From an uncultured Actinomycetota bacterium (GTDB lineage: Bacteria > Actinomycetota > Actinomycetes > Propionibacteriales > Nocardioidaceae), in contig CAWIWO010000016.1 in the NCBI GenBank assembly GCA_963839835.1, positions 10,573 to 74,572 of the forward strand: DNA of 64,000 nt, written 5' to 3'. A program made the position numbers and the translations under genes. This document shows, piece after piece, positions 9,803 through 20,744 of this stretch. The notes below the pieces were generated by a model that did not search any database, was not told the DNA's origin, and saw only the letters and a list, made by a program, of their open reading frames with translations. The first letter of the stretch is position 1, and the number at the start of each line of letters is the position of its first letter.

Positions 9803-10348
9803 CTACCGGTCTAGAAGGCCCCGCTCCAGGTGGTCCCGCAGCCGGGCCAGCCAGTGGGCGTGGGCGCCGTCGAAGGGCGGCCGAGCCGCGGCGACGTCGG
9901 CGTGCAGCCGCTCGGAGCTGGCCAGCGCAGACTCGACCACCTCGGGCGGGTAGCCGAGCCGCACCCGGTGGTCGGCGAACTCGTCCTCGTCGTCGACCCA
10001 CACCCGCCCGGTGGTCCCGCGGATCACGTCGAGGTCGAGGTCCACGGATCGGACCAGCTCGTCACCGTGCCAGACCGCCGGTGTCGCGACGTCGACGTAG
10101 ATGTCGAACGGCCGGCGGGGGTCGGTGCCGTAGAAGGTCGCCAGCCACCACGCGTCGTGCGGCACCAGGGTGACGTGGTCGGCGGCCGCGTGGAAGGCGC
10201 GAGACGGGCTGGCCAGCAGCGTCCCCTGCGCGATGCCGATCCAGGTGCCGTGGGCGTCCACGCCGAGGCGCACGCCGTCGAACTCCCAGTGCGGGTCGTC
10301 CGGCCACTTGCGGCACTCGACCCGGACCGGGCGCAAGGGGGTCGCCAT
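9803..10348 (-). CDS. DUF402 domain protein
   Basis: RKWPDDPHW, YVDVATP, VDLDLDV, DDEDEF..H...YP. Confidence 0.85.
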   Translation of the reverse strand: MATPLRPVRVECRKWPDDPHWEFDGVRLGVDAHGTWIGIAQGTLLASPSRAFHAAADHVTLVPHDAWWLATFYGTDPRRPFDIYVDVATPAVWHGDELVRSVDLDLDVIRGTTGRVWVDDEDEFADHRVRLGYPPEVVESALASSERLHADVAAARPPFDGAHAHWLARLRDHLERGLLDR

Positions 10349-10370
10349 GGCGCGAGGATACGTTGGCGCG

Positions 10371-11289
10371 GTGAGCGTCCCGACGTACGAACAGGTGCAG
10401 GAGGCGGCGGGGCTGATCGCCCCGTGGGTGCGCCGCACCCCGGTGATCGAGGTGGACGTCGCGGGTCGCCCGGTCGTGCTGAAGCTCGAGCTGCTGCAGC
10501 ACGCAGGTTCGTTCAAGGTCCGTGGGGCGTTCACGTCGGCGCTGACGGCCCCCGAGCCGCCCGCCGTGCTCGTCGCAGCCTCCGGTGGCAACCACGGGCT
10601 CGCGGTGGCGTACGTCGGGCAGGCGCTGGGCATCCCGGTGCGGATCTTCGTGCCGGAGGCTGCTCCGCCGGTCAAGGTGCGGGCCATCGAGCGAGTGTGG
10701 CGCGGAGGTGAACCTCGCCGGGGCGACGTACGCCGAGGCGCTGGTCGCGAGCCGGGAGGCGGGGGAGGCGCCGGGTGCTCTCGTCCTGCACGCGTACGAC
10801 GCACCGGGCACCGTGACCGGCCAGGGGACGCTCGGGCTCGAGGTCGCCGAGCAGGTGCCAGGCGCCGACACCGTGCTGGTCGCGGTCGGTGGTGGCGGCC
10901 TGGTCTCCGGCGTCTGCGTGGCCCTGGACGGAGCTGCCCGGGTGGTCGCCGTCGAGCCGGAGTCGTGCCCCACGTTGCACCAGGCGAAGCAGGTGGGTGT
11001 TCCGGTCGACGTGCCGGTGGGCGGCGTCGCGGTCGACGCCCTGGGCGCCTCGCGGATCGGCTCGATCGCGTGGTCGGTGGTCCAGCAGCACGACGTCGCG
11101 TCGGTGCTGGTCTCCGACGAGGCGATCACCGAGGCGCGCCGGTGGCTCTGGCAGCAGGTGCGGCTGGCCGCGGAGCCGGCGGGCGCAGCGGCGCTGGCCG
11201 CGCTGCTCAGCGGCGCCTACGTCCCGCAGGACGGCGAGCGGGTCTGCGTCGTCGTGTGCGGCGGCAACGCCGACCCGGCCGGCATCTAG
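10371..11289 (+). CDS. Threonine/serine dehydratase (PLP fold II), frameshift near 10697
   Basis: LKLELLQHAGSFKVRGA, ASGGNHG, GQGTLGLE, VGGGGL, EPAGAAALA, CGGN. Confidence 0.9.
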
Positions 11290-11296
11290 GTCCCGA

Positions 11297-12169
11297 CTAC
11301 GCCCGACCGCCGGGGGAGCGGTGGGGCATCACCTTCGGCGCGACCCGGGCGACGACGTCCTGGTAGCGCGACCCCAGGGTCTTGGCGAAGTGGTGCATCA
11401 GGTGGGCGTCCAGGCCCACCAGCACGCGCGCCTTGCCGGCGAGGGCGCCGTCGAGGATGATCTTCGCCGCCTTCTCGGCCGGCATCTTGGCCAGCTTGGT
11501 GTCGAAGAGCCGGTCGATCTCGCCGGCGTCCTGGCCCGCGGTCTTGCGGCCGTTGCGCGAGATGCCGGTCTTGATGCCGCCGGGGTGCACGCAGGTGACG
11601 GTGACCGGGTGCCCGTTGATCAGCATCTCCTCGCGGAGCGCCTCGGTGAAGCCGCGCACGGCGTACTTCGTGGCGTTGTAGGCGGTCTGGCCGGGCATGC
11701 TGATCAGGCCGAACAGGCTGGAGATGTTCACCAGGATGCCGTCGCCGGAGGCGATCAGGTGGGGGAGGAACTCCTTGGTGCCGTTGACCACGCCGTCGAA
11801 GTTGACCCCGACGATCCAGTCGAACTCCTCGTAGGCCATGTCCTCGAAGTCGCCGGTCATCGAGACGCCGGCGTTGTTGACCACGACGTTCACGCGCCCG
11901 AACTGCTCCGCGACGGCGCTCGCCCACTCGGCCACGGCGGCCCGGTCCGAGACGTCGACCACGTCGCTGCGCAGCTCGCGGGCTCCTGCGGCCTTGAGCA
12001 GGTCGACGGTCTCGGCCAGCCCCTGCTCGTTCCAGTCGGAGACGGCGAGCAGGGCACCGTCGCGCGCGGCGATCAGGGCCATCTCGCGTCCCATGCCGGA
12101 GCCGGCGCCGGTGATCGCGACGACCTTGTCGGTGAGGCTCCTGGCCCTGTTCCCGGTGAACTTGCTCAT
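11297..12169 (-). CDS. Short-chain dehydrogenase/reductase
   Basis: TGAGSGMG, NNAG, NISS, YNATK. Confidence 0.95.
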   Translation of the reverse strand: MSKFTGNRARSLTDKVVAITGAGSGMGREMALIAARDGALLAVSDWNEQGLAETVDLLKAAGARELRSDVVDVSDRAAVAEWASAVAEQFGRVNVVVNNAGVSMTGDFEDMAYEEFDWIVGVNFDGVVNGTKEFLPHLIASGDGILVNISSLFGLISMPGQTAYNATKYAVRGFTEALREEMLINGHPVTVTCVHPGGIKTGISRNGRKTAGQDAGEIDRLFDTKLAKMPAEKAAKIILDGALAGKARVLVGLDAHLMHHFAKTLGSRYQDVVARVAPKVMPHRSPGGRA

Positions 12170-13716
12170 GCGGCGTGCTCCTTCGTGAGGGTCCGGCGGC
12201 TGGGCTGGACGACGTACTTGTCGAGGTCGAACTCGCGCAGCAGGCCGCGGAAGGCGAACGTACTGCGAGGCCAGAGCGTGACGTTGCGGCCGTGGTCGTC
12301 GAGGTACCAGCTGGCGCAGCCGCCGGTGTTCCAGACGGTGCGCTGCATCCGGCGGTGGAGGTCGTCGTTCCAGCGCTCCTGGACCTCGGGGATCGGCTCG
12401 ACGGTGGCGATGCCGCGTTCGCCCATCTGCTGCAGGGCAGAGACGATGTAGGCGATCTGGCTCTCGATGATGAAGACCATCGAGGAGTGGCCCAGGCCGG
12501 TGTTGGGACCCACGATCTGGAACAGGTTGGGGAAGCCGCTGATCGTGGTGCCCTTGTACGCCGACATCCCGTCGGTGCGCCACGCGTCGGCGAGGGTGCG
12601 ACCGTCACGGCCCTTCACGTGCTGGGCGATGGGCTGCTCGGTGGTGTAGAAGCCGGTGGCCACGATGATCGCGTCGACCTCGCGGACGGTGCCGTCCGCG
12701 GTCACGATGCCCGCGGGCGTGATCTCGGCGATGCCGTCGGTGACGAGGTCGACGTGGTCCTTGTCGAGGGTGGGGTAGTAGTCGTTCGAGATCAGGATCC
12801 GCTTGCAGCCGATCTCGAAGGTGGGCGTGACCTTCTCGCGCAGCTCGGGGTCGGTGATGCCGCGGGCGATGTTGCCCAGCGCCATCCGCTTCGCAGGCGC
12901 GGCGAGCTTCGGGTTGATGGTGAAGCCCGGCACCAGGCACTCGCGGCCCCAGTAGATGCCGGTGCGGTAGGCCTTCTGCAGGAACGGCAGGTGGCGGAAG
13001 CCGAGCTTCTCGAGCCGGGTGTACTCCCGGTCGTTGCGCGGCACCACCCACGGTGCGGTGCGCTGGTAGACGTCGAGGTGTGCGACCTGCTTGGCCACCT
13101 CGGGGACGATCTGGATCGAGGAAGCGCCGGTGCCGATCACGGCCACCCGCTTGCCGCTCAGGTCGTAGTCGTGGTTCCAGCGGGCGGAGTGGAAGATCTC
13201 GCCCTCGAAGGAGTCGATGCCCTCGATCTCGGGGAGCTTGGGCTCCGAGAGGCCGCCGGAGCCGGTGACCACGATGTCGGCGACCACGGTGCCCGCGTCG
13301 GTGGTCACCGTCCACTGCTGGTCGTCCTCGTCGAAGACGATGTCCTCGACGGTCACGCCGAAGCGGAACCGGTCGAGCACGCCGGCCTCGCGAGCCGTCC
13401 GCTCGAGGTAGGCCTGGATCTCCGGCTGCGGGCTGAACGAGCGCGACCAGTCCGGGTTCGGGGCGAAGCTGAAGGAGTAGAGCTGGCTCGGGACGTCGCA
13501 GGCCGCGCCGGGGTAGGTGTTGTCGCGCCAGGTGCCGCCGACGGTGGCGCCCTTGTCGACGACCAGGAAGTCGGAGAACCCGCTCTCGTCGAGCTTGATC
13601 GCCGTGCCGAGCCCGGCGAACCCGGCACCTACGACGAGGACGCGCACGCGCTGCGGCAGGCCGTCGGACGGGTCGCTGGCCGGGTGGACGGGCTCGGTGC
13701 TCGTGCTGGAGGTCAT
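12166..13716 (-). CDS. Flavin-containing (Baeyer-Villiger type) monooxygenase
   Basis: GAGFAG, GGTWRDNTYPGAACD, FEGEIFHSARW, IGTGASSIQ, ATGF. Confidence 0.95.
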   Translation of the reverse strand: MTSSTSTEPVHPASDPSDGLPQRVRVLVVGAGFAGLGTAIKLDESGFSDFLVVDKGATVGGTWRDNTYPGAACDVPSQLYSFSFAPNPDWSRSFSPQPEIQAYLERTAREAGVLDRFRFGVTVEDIVFDEDDQQWTVTTDAGTVVADIVVTGSGGLSEPKLPEIEGIDSFEGEIFHSARWNHDYDLSGKRVAVIGTGASSIQIVPEVAKQVAHLDVYQRTAPWVVPRNDREYTRLEKLGFRHLPFLQKAYRTGIYWGRECLVPGFTINPKLAAPAKRMALGNIARGITDPELREKVTPTFEIGCKRILISNDYYPTLDKDHVDLVTDGIAEITPAGIVTADGTVREVDAIIVATGFYTTEQPIAQHVKGRDGRTLADAWRTDGMSAYKGTTISGFPNLFQIVGPNTGLGHSSMVFIIESQIAYIVSALQQMGERGIATVEPIPEVQERWNDDLHRRMQRTVWNTGGCASWYLDDHGRNVTLWPRSTFAFRGLLREFDLDKYVVQPSRRTLTKEHAA

Positions 13717-13733
13717 GGGTCAACCCTAGATGG

Positions 13734-13775
13734 TATTGAACGTTCGTCAATAGCGTTGTTGACGCGAGTTCAGTA
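13734..13775. promoter_or_regulatory. Two TetR-type operators in a divergent promoter
   Basis: TATTGAacgttcgTCAATA (13734-13752) and the related TGTTGAcgcgagtTCAGTA (13757-13775). Confidence 0.7.
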
Positions 13776-13786
13776 AGATGCGCCAC

Positions 13787-14395
13787 ATGAACACCTCCGC
13801 CCCGAGCCGCGTCCGGCTCTCGCCGGACACCCGGCGCGAGCAGCTGCTCGAGCTCGGCGTACGCCTGCTCTCCACCAGGCCCTTGGAGGAGCTGTCCATC
13901 GAGACGCTCGCCGAGGAGGCCGGGATCTCGCGCGGCCTGCTCTACCACTACTTCGGCAACAAGCAGGACTTCCACACCGCCGTCGTCCAGCGCGCGGCCG
14001 ACGACCTGTTCGCGCGCACCGCGCCGACCGGCGAGGGCGGTCCCCTGGAGCAGCTGGCCGGCTCGCTGGCCCGCTACGTCGACTACGTCACCGAGAACTA
14101 CCAGGGCTACGTCTCGCTGATCCGGGGAGCCGCCGGCGGCCACGAGGAGCTGCGCCGGATCTACGAGGACTCCCGCGCCGCGCTCACCGACCGCCTCTTC
14201 GACACGCCCGTCGCCCGGGAGGCGGCGCAGTTCGGCCTCACCGACACCCCCGCCGTACGCCTGCTCGTGCGTGGCTGGTCCTCCTTCGTCGAGGAGGTCG
14301 TCGTCGAGTGGGTCCGCGACCCCCGCGGCCTCACCCGCGACCAGCTCCTCGTGCTGCTCTCCGGCTCGTTGCCGGGGATCCTCCAAGCCGGATAG
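13787..14395 (+). CDS. TetR/AcrR family regulator
   Basis: RREQLL..SIETLAEEAGISRGLLYHYF HTH; TAAGAT -10 lies 7 nt before ATG 13787. Confidence 0.93.
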   Translation: MNTSAPSRVRLSPDTRREQLLELGVRLLSTRPLEELSIETLAEEAGISRGLLYHYFGNKQDFHTAVVQRAADDLFARTAPTGEGGPLEQLAGSLARYVDYVTENYQGYVSLIRGAAGGHEELRRIYEDSRAALTDRLFDTPVAREAAQFGLTDTPAVRLLVRGWSSFVEEVVVEWVRDPRGLTRDQLLVLLSGSLPGILQAG

Positions 14396-14450
14396 TCCAG
14401 ACGTCAGGTTCGTGGTTCGGCGTGCTCCGGAGCCACGAAATCGACATGGA

Positions 14451-15667
14451 CTATCCGGTTCGGACGAAGACCCAGAGCCGCATCGCCACGAACCGGAGGA
14501 CGGTGACGGCGAGGTTGGCGACGGTGAGGACGATGACCTCGAGGGCACGGTTGGTCGAGCCGGAGGCGTGCAGCAGGGCCAGCGAGCCGGTCGTCGCGAC
14601 GAGGCCGGCGGCGAAGAGCACCAGCCCCTGCACCTGGTGGCGTACGGCGTCGCGCGGACCCCGGACGCCGAAGGTGAATCGCCGGTTCGCCGCGGTGTTG
14701 GCGACAGCGGTCAGGAGCAGCGCCGTGAAGTTGGCCCACAGCGGCCCCATGGTGGTGCGCAGGGCGAGGTAGGCGACCGCGTACGCCGCGGTCGACAGCG
14801 CCCCGATGGCCAGGAAGATGCCGACCTGCATCCCCAGCCGGCCTCGCTGCGCCTCGGTGCTGGTGCGGCCGAGCCGCTCGCCGATCTCGTGCACGGGCAG
14901 GGTCCCCTTCAGCAGCGCCCACCCCAGCCGCGCGACGCCCTTGAGGTCGTCCACGGCAGTCCTGACGATGTCGACGCTGCTGTCCGGGTCGTCGACCCAG
15001 TCCACCGGCACCTCGTGGATCCGCAGTCCGGCTCGCTCGGCGACCACGAGCAGCTCGGTGTCGAAGAACCACGCGTCGTCCTCCACCAGGGGCAGCAGCT
15101 CCCGCGCCGCGTCGCGTCGTACGGCCTTGAAGCCGCACTGGGCGTCGCTGAACCGGGCGCGCAGGGTCTGTCGCAGGAGCAGGTTGTAGCTGCGCGAGAT
15201 CAGCTCGCGCTTCACCCCGCGCGTGACCCTCGAGTGCCGCGACAGGCGCGAGCCGATCGCGAGGTCGGAGTGCCCACTGACCAGCGGCGCGACCAGCGGC
15301 AGCAGCGCGGCCAGGTCGGTGGACAGGTCGACGTCCATGTAGACGAGCACGTCGCTGTCCGAGGCGCTCCACACCCGCTTCAGCGCGCGTCCCCGCCCCT
15401 TCTCGGCCAGGTGCACCACCTGCACCTCGGGATGGGTGTGGCTCAGCCGGCGCGCGATCAGCGCGGTCTGGTCGGTGCTCGCGTTGTCGGCGATGGTCAC
15501 CCGGAAGCTCCACGGCAGGCCGGCCAGGTGTGCCAGCACCCGCTCGACCGAGGCGGCCAGCTGGGTCTCCTCGTTGTAGACCGGGATCACCACGTCGAGC
15601 ACGGTGGTCGGCGACGGGCTGGCGCCGCGAGGACCTCGTCCCCGGTCGGCTCGGCGACCGCGCTCAC
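14451..15667 (-). CDS. Bifunctional GT2 (polyprenol-phosphate glycosyltransferase)/GtrA protein, frameshift near the 5' end
   Basis: VVIPVYNEE, IADNASTD, YMDVDLS, DAQCGFKA, WFFDTE; C-terminal GtrA NRRFTF. Confidence 0.9.
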
Positions 15668-17768
15668 TTGATGCCTCCGGAGAGGTCGTAGAGGGTGACC
15701 CCGCTGACGGTCTTGGCGGTGAAGTTGGCCGCCACCCACTTGGTGATCGCGCTGGAGCCGTTGCCGCCCGGGCCTCCACCGGCACCGCCGCTGGCGATGA
15801 AGTAGTGGATCTGCCCGTTGGCGACGTACTTCTCGAACTGCGCGAGTGTCGGGCTGGGGTCGCTGCCGTTGAAGCCGCCGATCGGCATCACCGACTGCCC
15901 GCTCGCCAGCTGGTAGCCCGACGCGGTGTTGGACCCGATCGCCGCCGCGGCCCAGGTGTAGGAGTCCGCGTCGGTCTGCAGCAGCTTGGTGACGGCGGCC
16001 GGCGACGTGCTGCCGTTGAGCAGGCCGCCTGCGCCACCCTGGCCGCCCTGGGTCGGAGGCCTGCCGGTGGTACCGGCGGTGCCGGTGGCACCGGTGGGCG
16101 GTGCCTGGGTCGGTGCCCTGGGTGGTGCCCTGAGGCGGACCGCCCCGGAACCCGCCGGGGCGGCCCATCGCCGCCGGGCCCGCCGCCCGCGGTCGCGGGG
16201 CCGGCAGTGGGGATGGACCCCGTGTGCGGCGTGGCGGCCGTGTTCACGGCGTACGCCGCGGGGCCGGCCAACGAGGTCATCAGGGCCAGGACGGCGGCAG
16301 CCAGAGCGACACGGCGCGGCAGGCGACCCGCGATCGCGACGCCGAACCCGGCGACGAGCCCGACGACCAGGACCACCCAGCGCAGCGCCGGGAGGAAGTC
16401 GCTGGTGCGGCCGAGGAGGTACCAGGCGAGCACCGCCGTCATCGTGACCGTGAAGCCGAGCACGGACGTGGCCAGCATGGACGCGCGGTGTCGCCAGAGC
16501 AGCCAGGAGCCGATGCCCACGAGTGCGGCGATGGCCGGGGCGAGCGCGACGGTGTAGTAGGCGTGGAAGATCCCGGCCATGAAGCTGAAGGTCAGTCCGG
16601 TGACGACGAGCCAGGTCAGCCACAGGGTCAGTCCCGCGCGGAGCGGGTTGCTCCGCCGGCCGAACCACAGGCCCGCGACGCCGAGCACCAGTGCCGCCGG
16701 GACCAACCACGCGGCCTGACCGCCGATCTCGCTGCCGAAGAGCCGGAAGAGCCCGGTCGCTCCCCACATCCCGCCGCCTCCGGCGCCGGTCCCGCCCCCG
16801 ACCGAGCCCACCTCGTCGCCGGTCAGGCGTCCGAAGCCGTTGTAGCCCAAGGTGAGCTCGAGGATCGAGTTGTCCTGGGAGCCGCCGATGTAGGGACGGC
16901 TGCCAGCCGGCCACAGGGCCACGATCGCGACCCACCACCCGCCGGCCAGCAGCATCGCGCCGAATGCGACCAGCAGGTGCACGATCCGCTTGCCCCACGG
17001 GGTCCTGGCGAAGAGCAGGTAGACCAGGCCGAGAGCCGGCAGGACGAGGAACGCCTGGAGCATCTTGGTCAGGAAGGCCAGGCCCACCAGGGCACCGCCG
17101 AGGGCCAGCCAGCGCACCGGGCCCACCGGGCTGCTCGAGCCTCGGTGGCCTCGACCGCGCGCAGGGTGGCGCCCGCGGCGCCGACCATCAGCAGCACGAG
17201 CATGGCGTCGGGGTTGTTGAACCGGAACATCAGCACGGCCACCGGGGTCAGGGCCATCGCCGCTCCCGCGATCAGGCCACTGACCGCCGATCCCGTCGTA
17301 CGGCGCACGATGCCGTGGAGCAGGGCGACCGTGGCGATGCCCTCGAGCGCCTGGGGCACCAGGATGCTCCAGCTCGACAGGCCGAAGATCCGCACCGACA
17401 GCGCCATCGGCCACAGTGCGAGCGGTGTCTTGTCGACGGTGATGGAGCTGGCCGCGTCGCTGGAGCCGAAGAAGAACGCCTTCCACGACTCCGAACCGGC
17501 CTGTGCGGCGGCGGAGTAGAAGGAGTTGGCCCATCCGCTCGCACCGAGGCCCCACAGGTAGAGGACGCCGGTGGCGAGGAGGAGCCCGAGAAGTGCGGGG
17601 CGGGCCCAGGCGGGGTCGTCGGTCGGGCCGCGCCACCACCGACCGAGCCGGCCGGTGCCGTCCGTCTCGCGAGTGGTCGGGGACGTGGGTGCTGTCGTCG
17701 ACGGCCGCCGCAGTGGCGTCCTCAGGGGCGGCGCCGGTCGGCCGGGGAAGGGTCCTGGTGGTGTCCAT
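15664..17768 (-). CDS. GT39/ArnT-like glycosyltransferase, several frameshifts
   Basis: GWANSFYSAA, ITVDKTP, MFRFNNPD, FLTKMLQ, RPYIGGS, GYNGFGRL, IFHAYY, IGGFNGSDP, LYDL. Confidence 0.88.
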
Positions 17769-17801
17769 GACGCACACGATCCGGCGCCGGGCTGCGACCC
17801 C

Positions 17802-17829
17802 CGTGTGCTGACTCTGTGGGCTCCATGTG
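17802..17829 (-). promoter_or_regulatory. OmpR/PhoP-type direct-repeat box upstream of GT39
   Basis: Minus strand CACATG-n5-CACAGA-n5-CACACG, 11-bp period. Confidence 0.6.
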
Positions 17830-17834
17830 AGGGG

Positions 17835-19286
17835 TCAGCCGACCGGCAGGGTGATCCGGAAGGTGGTCGATCCCGGCCGTGAGCTGACCGTGGCGGTGCC
17901 GTGGTGGGCCTGGGCGATCGCGGCCACGAGCGAGAGTCCGAGCCCGGCTCCGCCCGAGGCGCGGGTGCGCGAGCCGTCCCCCCTGGTGAACCGCTCGAAG
18001 GCGTGGTCGGCCAGGCCCGGCGCGCAGGCCGGGGCCGTCGTCGTGCACCTCCACCACGACCTCGTCGGGTCCCGGTGCGGCCGAGATCGTCACGGTGGTG
18101 CCGGGCGGCGTGTGGTGGCGGGCGTTGCCCAGCAGGTTGGTGAACAGCTGGTGCAGGCGCTGCTCGTCCCCGGCGACCGTGACCGGCGCCTCGGGCAGCC
18201 GCAGCTGCCACTGGTGCGTGGCTCCCTGCTGCGCGTCGACGACGCGCGCGTCGGCCACCGACTCCAGCAGCAGCTTGGTCAGGTCGACCTCGCCGCGTTC
18301 GAGCGGACGGCCAGAGTCCAACCGAGCGAGCAGCAGCATGTCCTCGACCAGCCGGGACATCCGGTCCGCCTCGGTCTCGACCTTCGTCATCGCCCCCGAG
18401 AGCGCGACCGGGTCGCCCGGCGTACGCCGGGAGAGCTCGGCGTAGCCGTGGATGGTGGCCAGCGGCGTGCGCAGCTCGTGGGAGGCGTCGGCCACGAACT
18501 GGCGCACCTGCTGCTCGCTGCGGTGCCGTGCGTCGAGGGCCGTCCGACATGTGGTCGAGCAGGGTGTTCAGCGCGTGGCCGACCTGGCCGACCTCCGTGT
18601 CGGGGTCGGTGAGCTCGTCGTCGACGCGTCGTTGAGGTTCGGTGCCGCCGGTCGAGAGCTGCTGCTCGGTCACCTCGTTGAGCCGTGGTCGCCACCTGGC
18701 GCAGCGGCCGGAGCTGGCGCCGGACCAGCAGGCGCCCGACGAGGGCGGCCAGCACGACGAACACGACCGCGAACAGGATCGACAGGAGCACCTCAGCCTG
18801 CTGAGCAGGGCGCGGTTCTCGCTGGGCGGCTGGCCCGCGATCACCGGTTGCCGCAGCGAGTCGGTCTCGGCGGCGACCCGGTAGTCGCCCAGGCCGGGAG
18901 GTCGACGGTGTGGGCCTGGCCGTCAGTGGGCACCTTGGCCAGTGACCGATGGCGCCGGTGGAGAGCTCACGCGACAGGCCGCCGGACTCGGTGATCTGGA
19001 CGCCGTGCCGGTGGAGGACACCGTCCGGCACGAAGACAGGATGGTGCCCGGGCCCTGCGCGTTGTACCGCGGCCGGTCCCGGGGCCGCCATCCGGTCCTG
19101 CGCCCGGGAAGTCGGGGCGAGGGTGGGTCGCACGGCTCAGCGCCCCGCGCACCTCGTGGTCGAGCCGGCCGGTCAGGTAGCTGCTCATCACCAGCCCGGA
19201 GGCGGTGATCACCAGGCGCTGACCAGCGCGACCAGGACGACCACGGTCGTCACCAGGCGCGCGGTGAGGGTGCGTGGCGCTCGCAC
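17835..19286 (-). CDS. HAMP-domain sensor histidine kinase, multiple frameshifts
   Basis: QFVADASHELRTPL (H box), NLLGNA (N box), VHDDGPG, GAGLGL, TTFRITLP; GTG 19286 preceded by GGAGG. Confidence 0.88.
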
Positions 19287-19288
19287 GC

Positions 19289-20027
19289 TCAGCCTCCGGA
19301 GGGCTGCGGGCGGCTTGAGGACGTACCCGGCCCCACGCATGGTGTGGATCATCGGGGGGCGGCCGGCGTCGATCTTCTTGCGCAGGTAGGAGATGTACAG
19401 CTCGACCACGTTGGCCTGGCCGCCGAAGTCGTAGTTCCAGACACGGTCGAGGATCTGCGCCTTGCTGAGCACCCGCTTGGGGTTGCGCATCAGGTAGCGC
19501 AGCAGCTCGAACTCGGTCGCGGTCAGGCTGATGTCGCTCCCGTCCCGGCTCACCTCGTGGCTGTCCTCGTCGAGGACGAGGTCGCCGACCTGCAGCGTCG
19601 AGTCGCTCTCCGCCTGCCGCGCGCCGGCCCTCCGCATCAGCGCGCGGAGCCGGGCGACGACCTCCTCGAGGGAGAAGGGCTTGGTGACGTAGTCGTCGCC
19701 GCCAGCAGTCAGGCCGGCGACGCGGTCCTCGACGGAGTCGCGGGCCGTCAGGAACAGCACGGGTACGTCGGGCTGGTCGGTGCGCAGCCGCTTGAGCACC
19801 TCCATGCCGTCGAAGTCGGGCAGCATCATGTCGAGCACGACTGCATCGGGACGATGCTGCTTGGCGAGCGAGGCGGCCTTGCTCCCGGTCAGGGCGACCT
19901 CCACGTCCCACCCCTCGTAGCGCAGCGCCATCCGCAGCAGCTCGGCGATGTTCTCCTCGTCGTCGACGACCAGCACCCGCAACGGCGTACCGTCCGGGCG
20001 GGTCAGGTCGGGCCCACCGTTCCTCAT
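19289..20027 (-). CDS. OmpR-family response regulator (TcrX/PhoP-like)
   Basis: VLVVDDE, LDMMLPD, FLTARD, DYVTKPF, VELYISYLRKK, TMRGAGY; a probable 1-nt insertion hides the stop at 19289. Confidence 0.93.
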
Positions 20028-20060
20028 GACTCCACTGTGGCCGCGCTGTGCGTGCCGAGT

Positions 20061-20184
20061 CCATGAGCTCGCTGTGGGTTTCCTGTGAACCCCGAATTCG
20101 GTAGTCCAGGACGATCGGCCCCCGAGGCGGCGTGTCGGGGCCCGTTCTGGACTACCGGGCGGGGAGTCACAGGACAACCACAGG
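20061..20184. promoter_or_regulatory. Two oppositely oriented PhoP-like direct-repeat boxes
   Basis: Minus strand CACAGG-n5-CACAGC-n5-CATGG (20087-20061); plus strand CACAGG-n5-CACAGG (20168-20184). Confidence 0.65.
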
Positions 20185-20205
20185 AACTTGTCGCACCATG
20201 GGGGT

Positions 20206-20690
20206 GTGAGCGACGAGGAGTCCCGGCCGGAGGAGCAGACGGCACCGCTGTCAGCCCAGCTGCCGTCGCCGGCTGGAGGACCTCCCCTCCCGCCTGATCT
20301 GCCACCTGATCAACCACCCGTGGCGCAGAGTCCCCGAGAGCGGTGGCGCGACCGCGCCTGGTCCTTCCGGTCGGTGATCGCCGTCGGCCTGGTCGCGGTC
20401 TTGCTGGGCGGCCTCGCGGGAGCAGCCATCGCCACCGTGGGTGACCACGCGACCAGCGGCGCGGACCCGGCTTCGGCCGCTTCCACGGCGGCCCAGGGAG
20501 GCCGCCGGGCGGGCTCGGCCAGGGGCCGATGGGACATCGTCCGCAGTGGCAGTTCAACGACCCCTACGGCTCCGGCCAGCGTCAGTGGGACCAGGGACAG
20601 CAACCGGGCGGCCCGGGTGGGCCGCTGCAGCGCTTCGGGCAGGGCCAGGGCCCGACGCCGGCACCGCCGACGCCGTCCGCCACGCGCTGA
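20206..20690 (+). CDS. Hypothetical Pro/Gly-rich single-TM protein, frameshifted
   Basis: SDEESRP..SFRSVIAVGLVAVLLGGLAGAAIA, then a Gly/Pro/Gln-rich tail in shifted frames. Confidence 0.55.
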
Positions 20691-20744
20691 GCCAGCCGCG
20701 CTGGTTGGACCGGCGTGACCGACGCCGGGGACAATGACAGGGCT

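Noticed and set aside
19209-20177. Response regulator fused to the kinase N-terminus
   Set aside because: Removing one C restores a TGA at 19289 and a GGAGG-led GTG for the kinase
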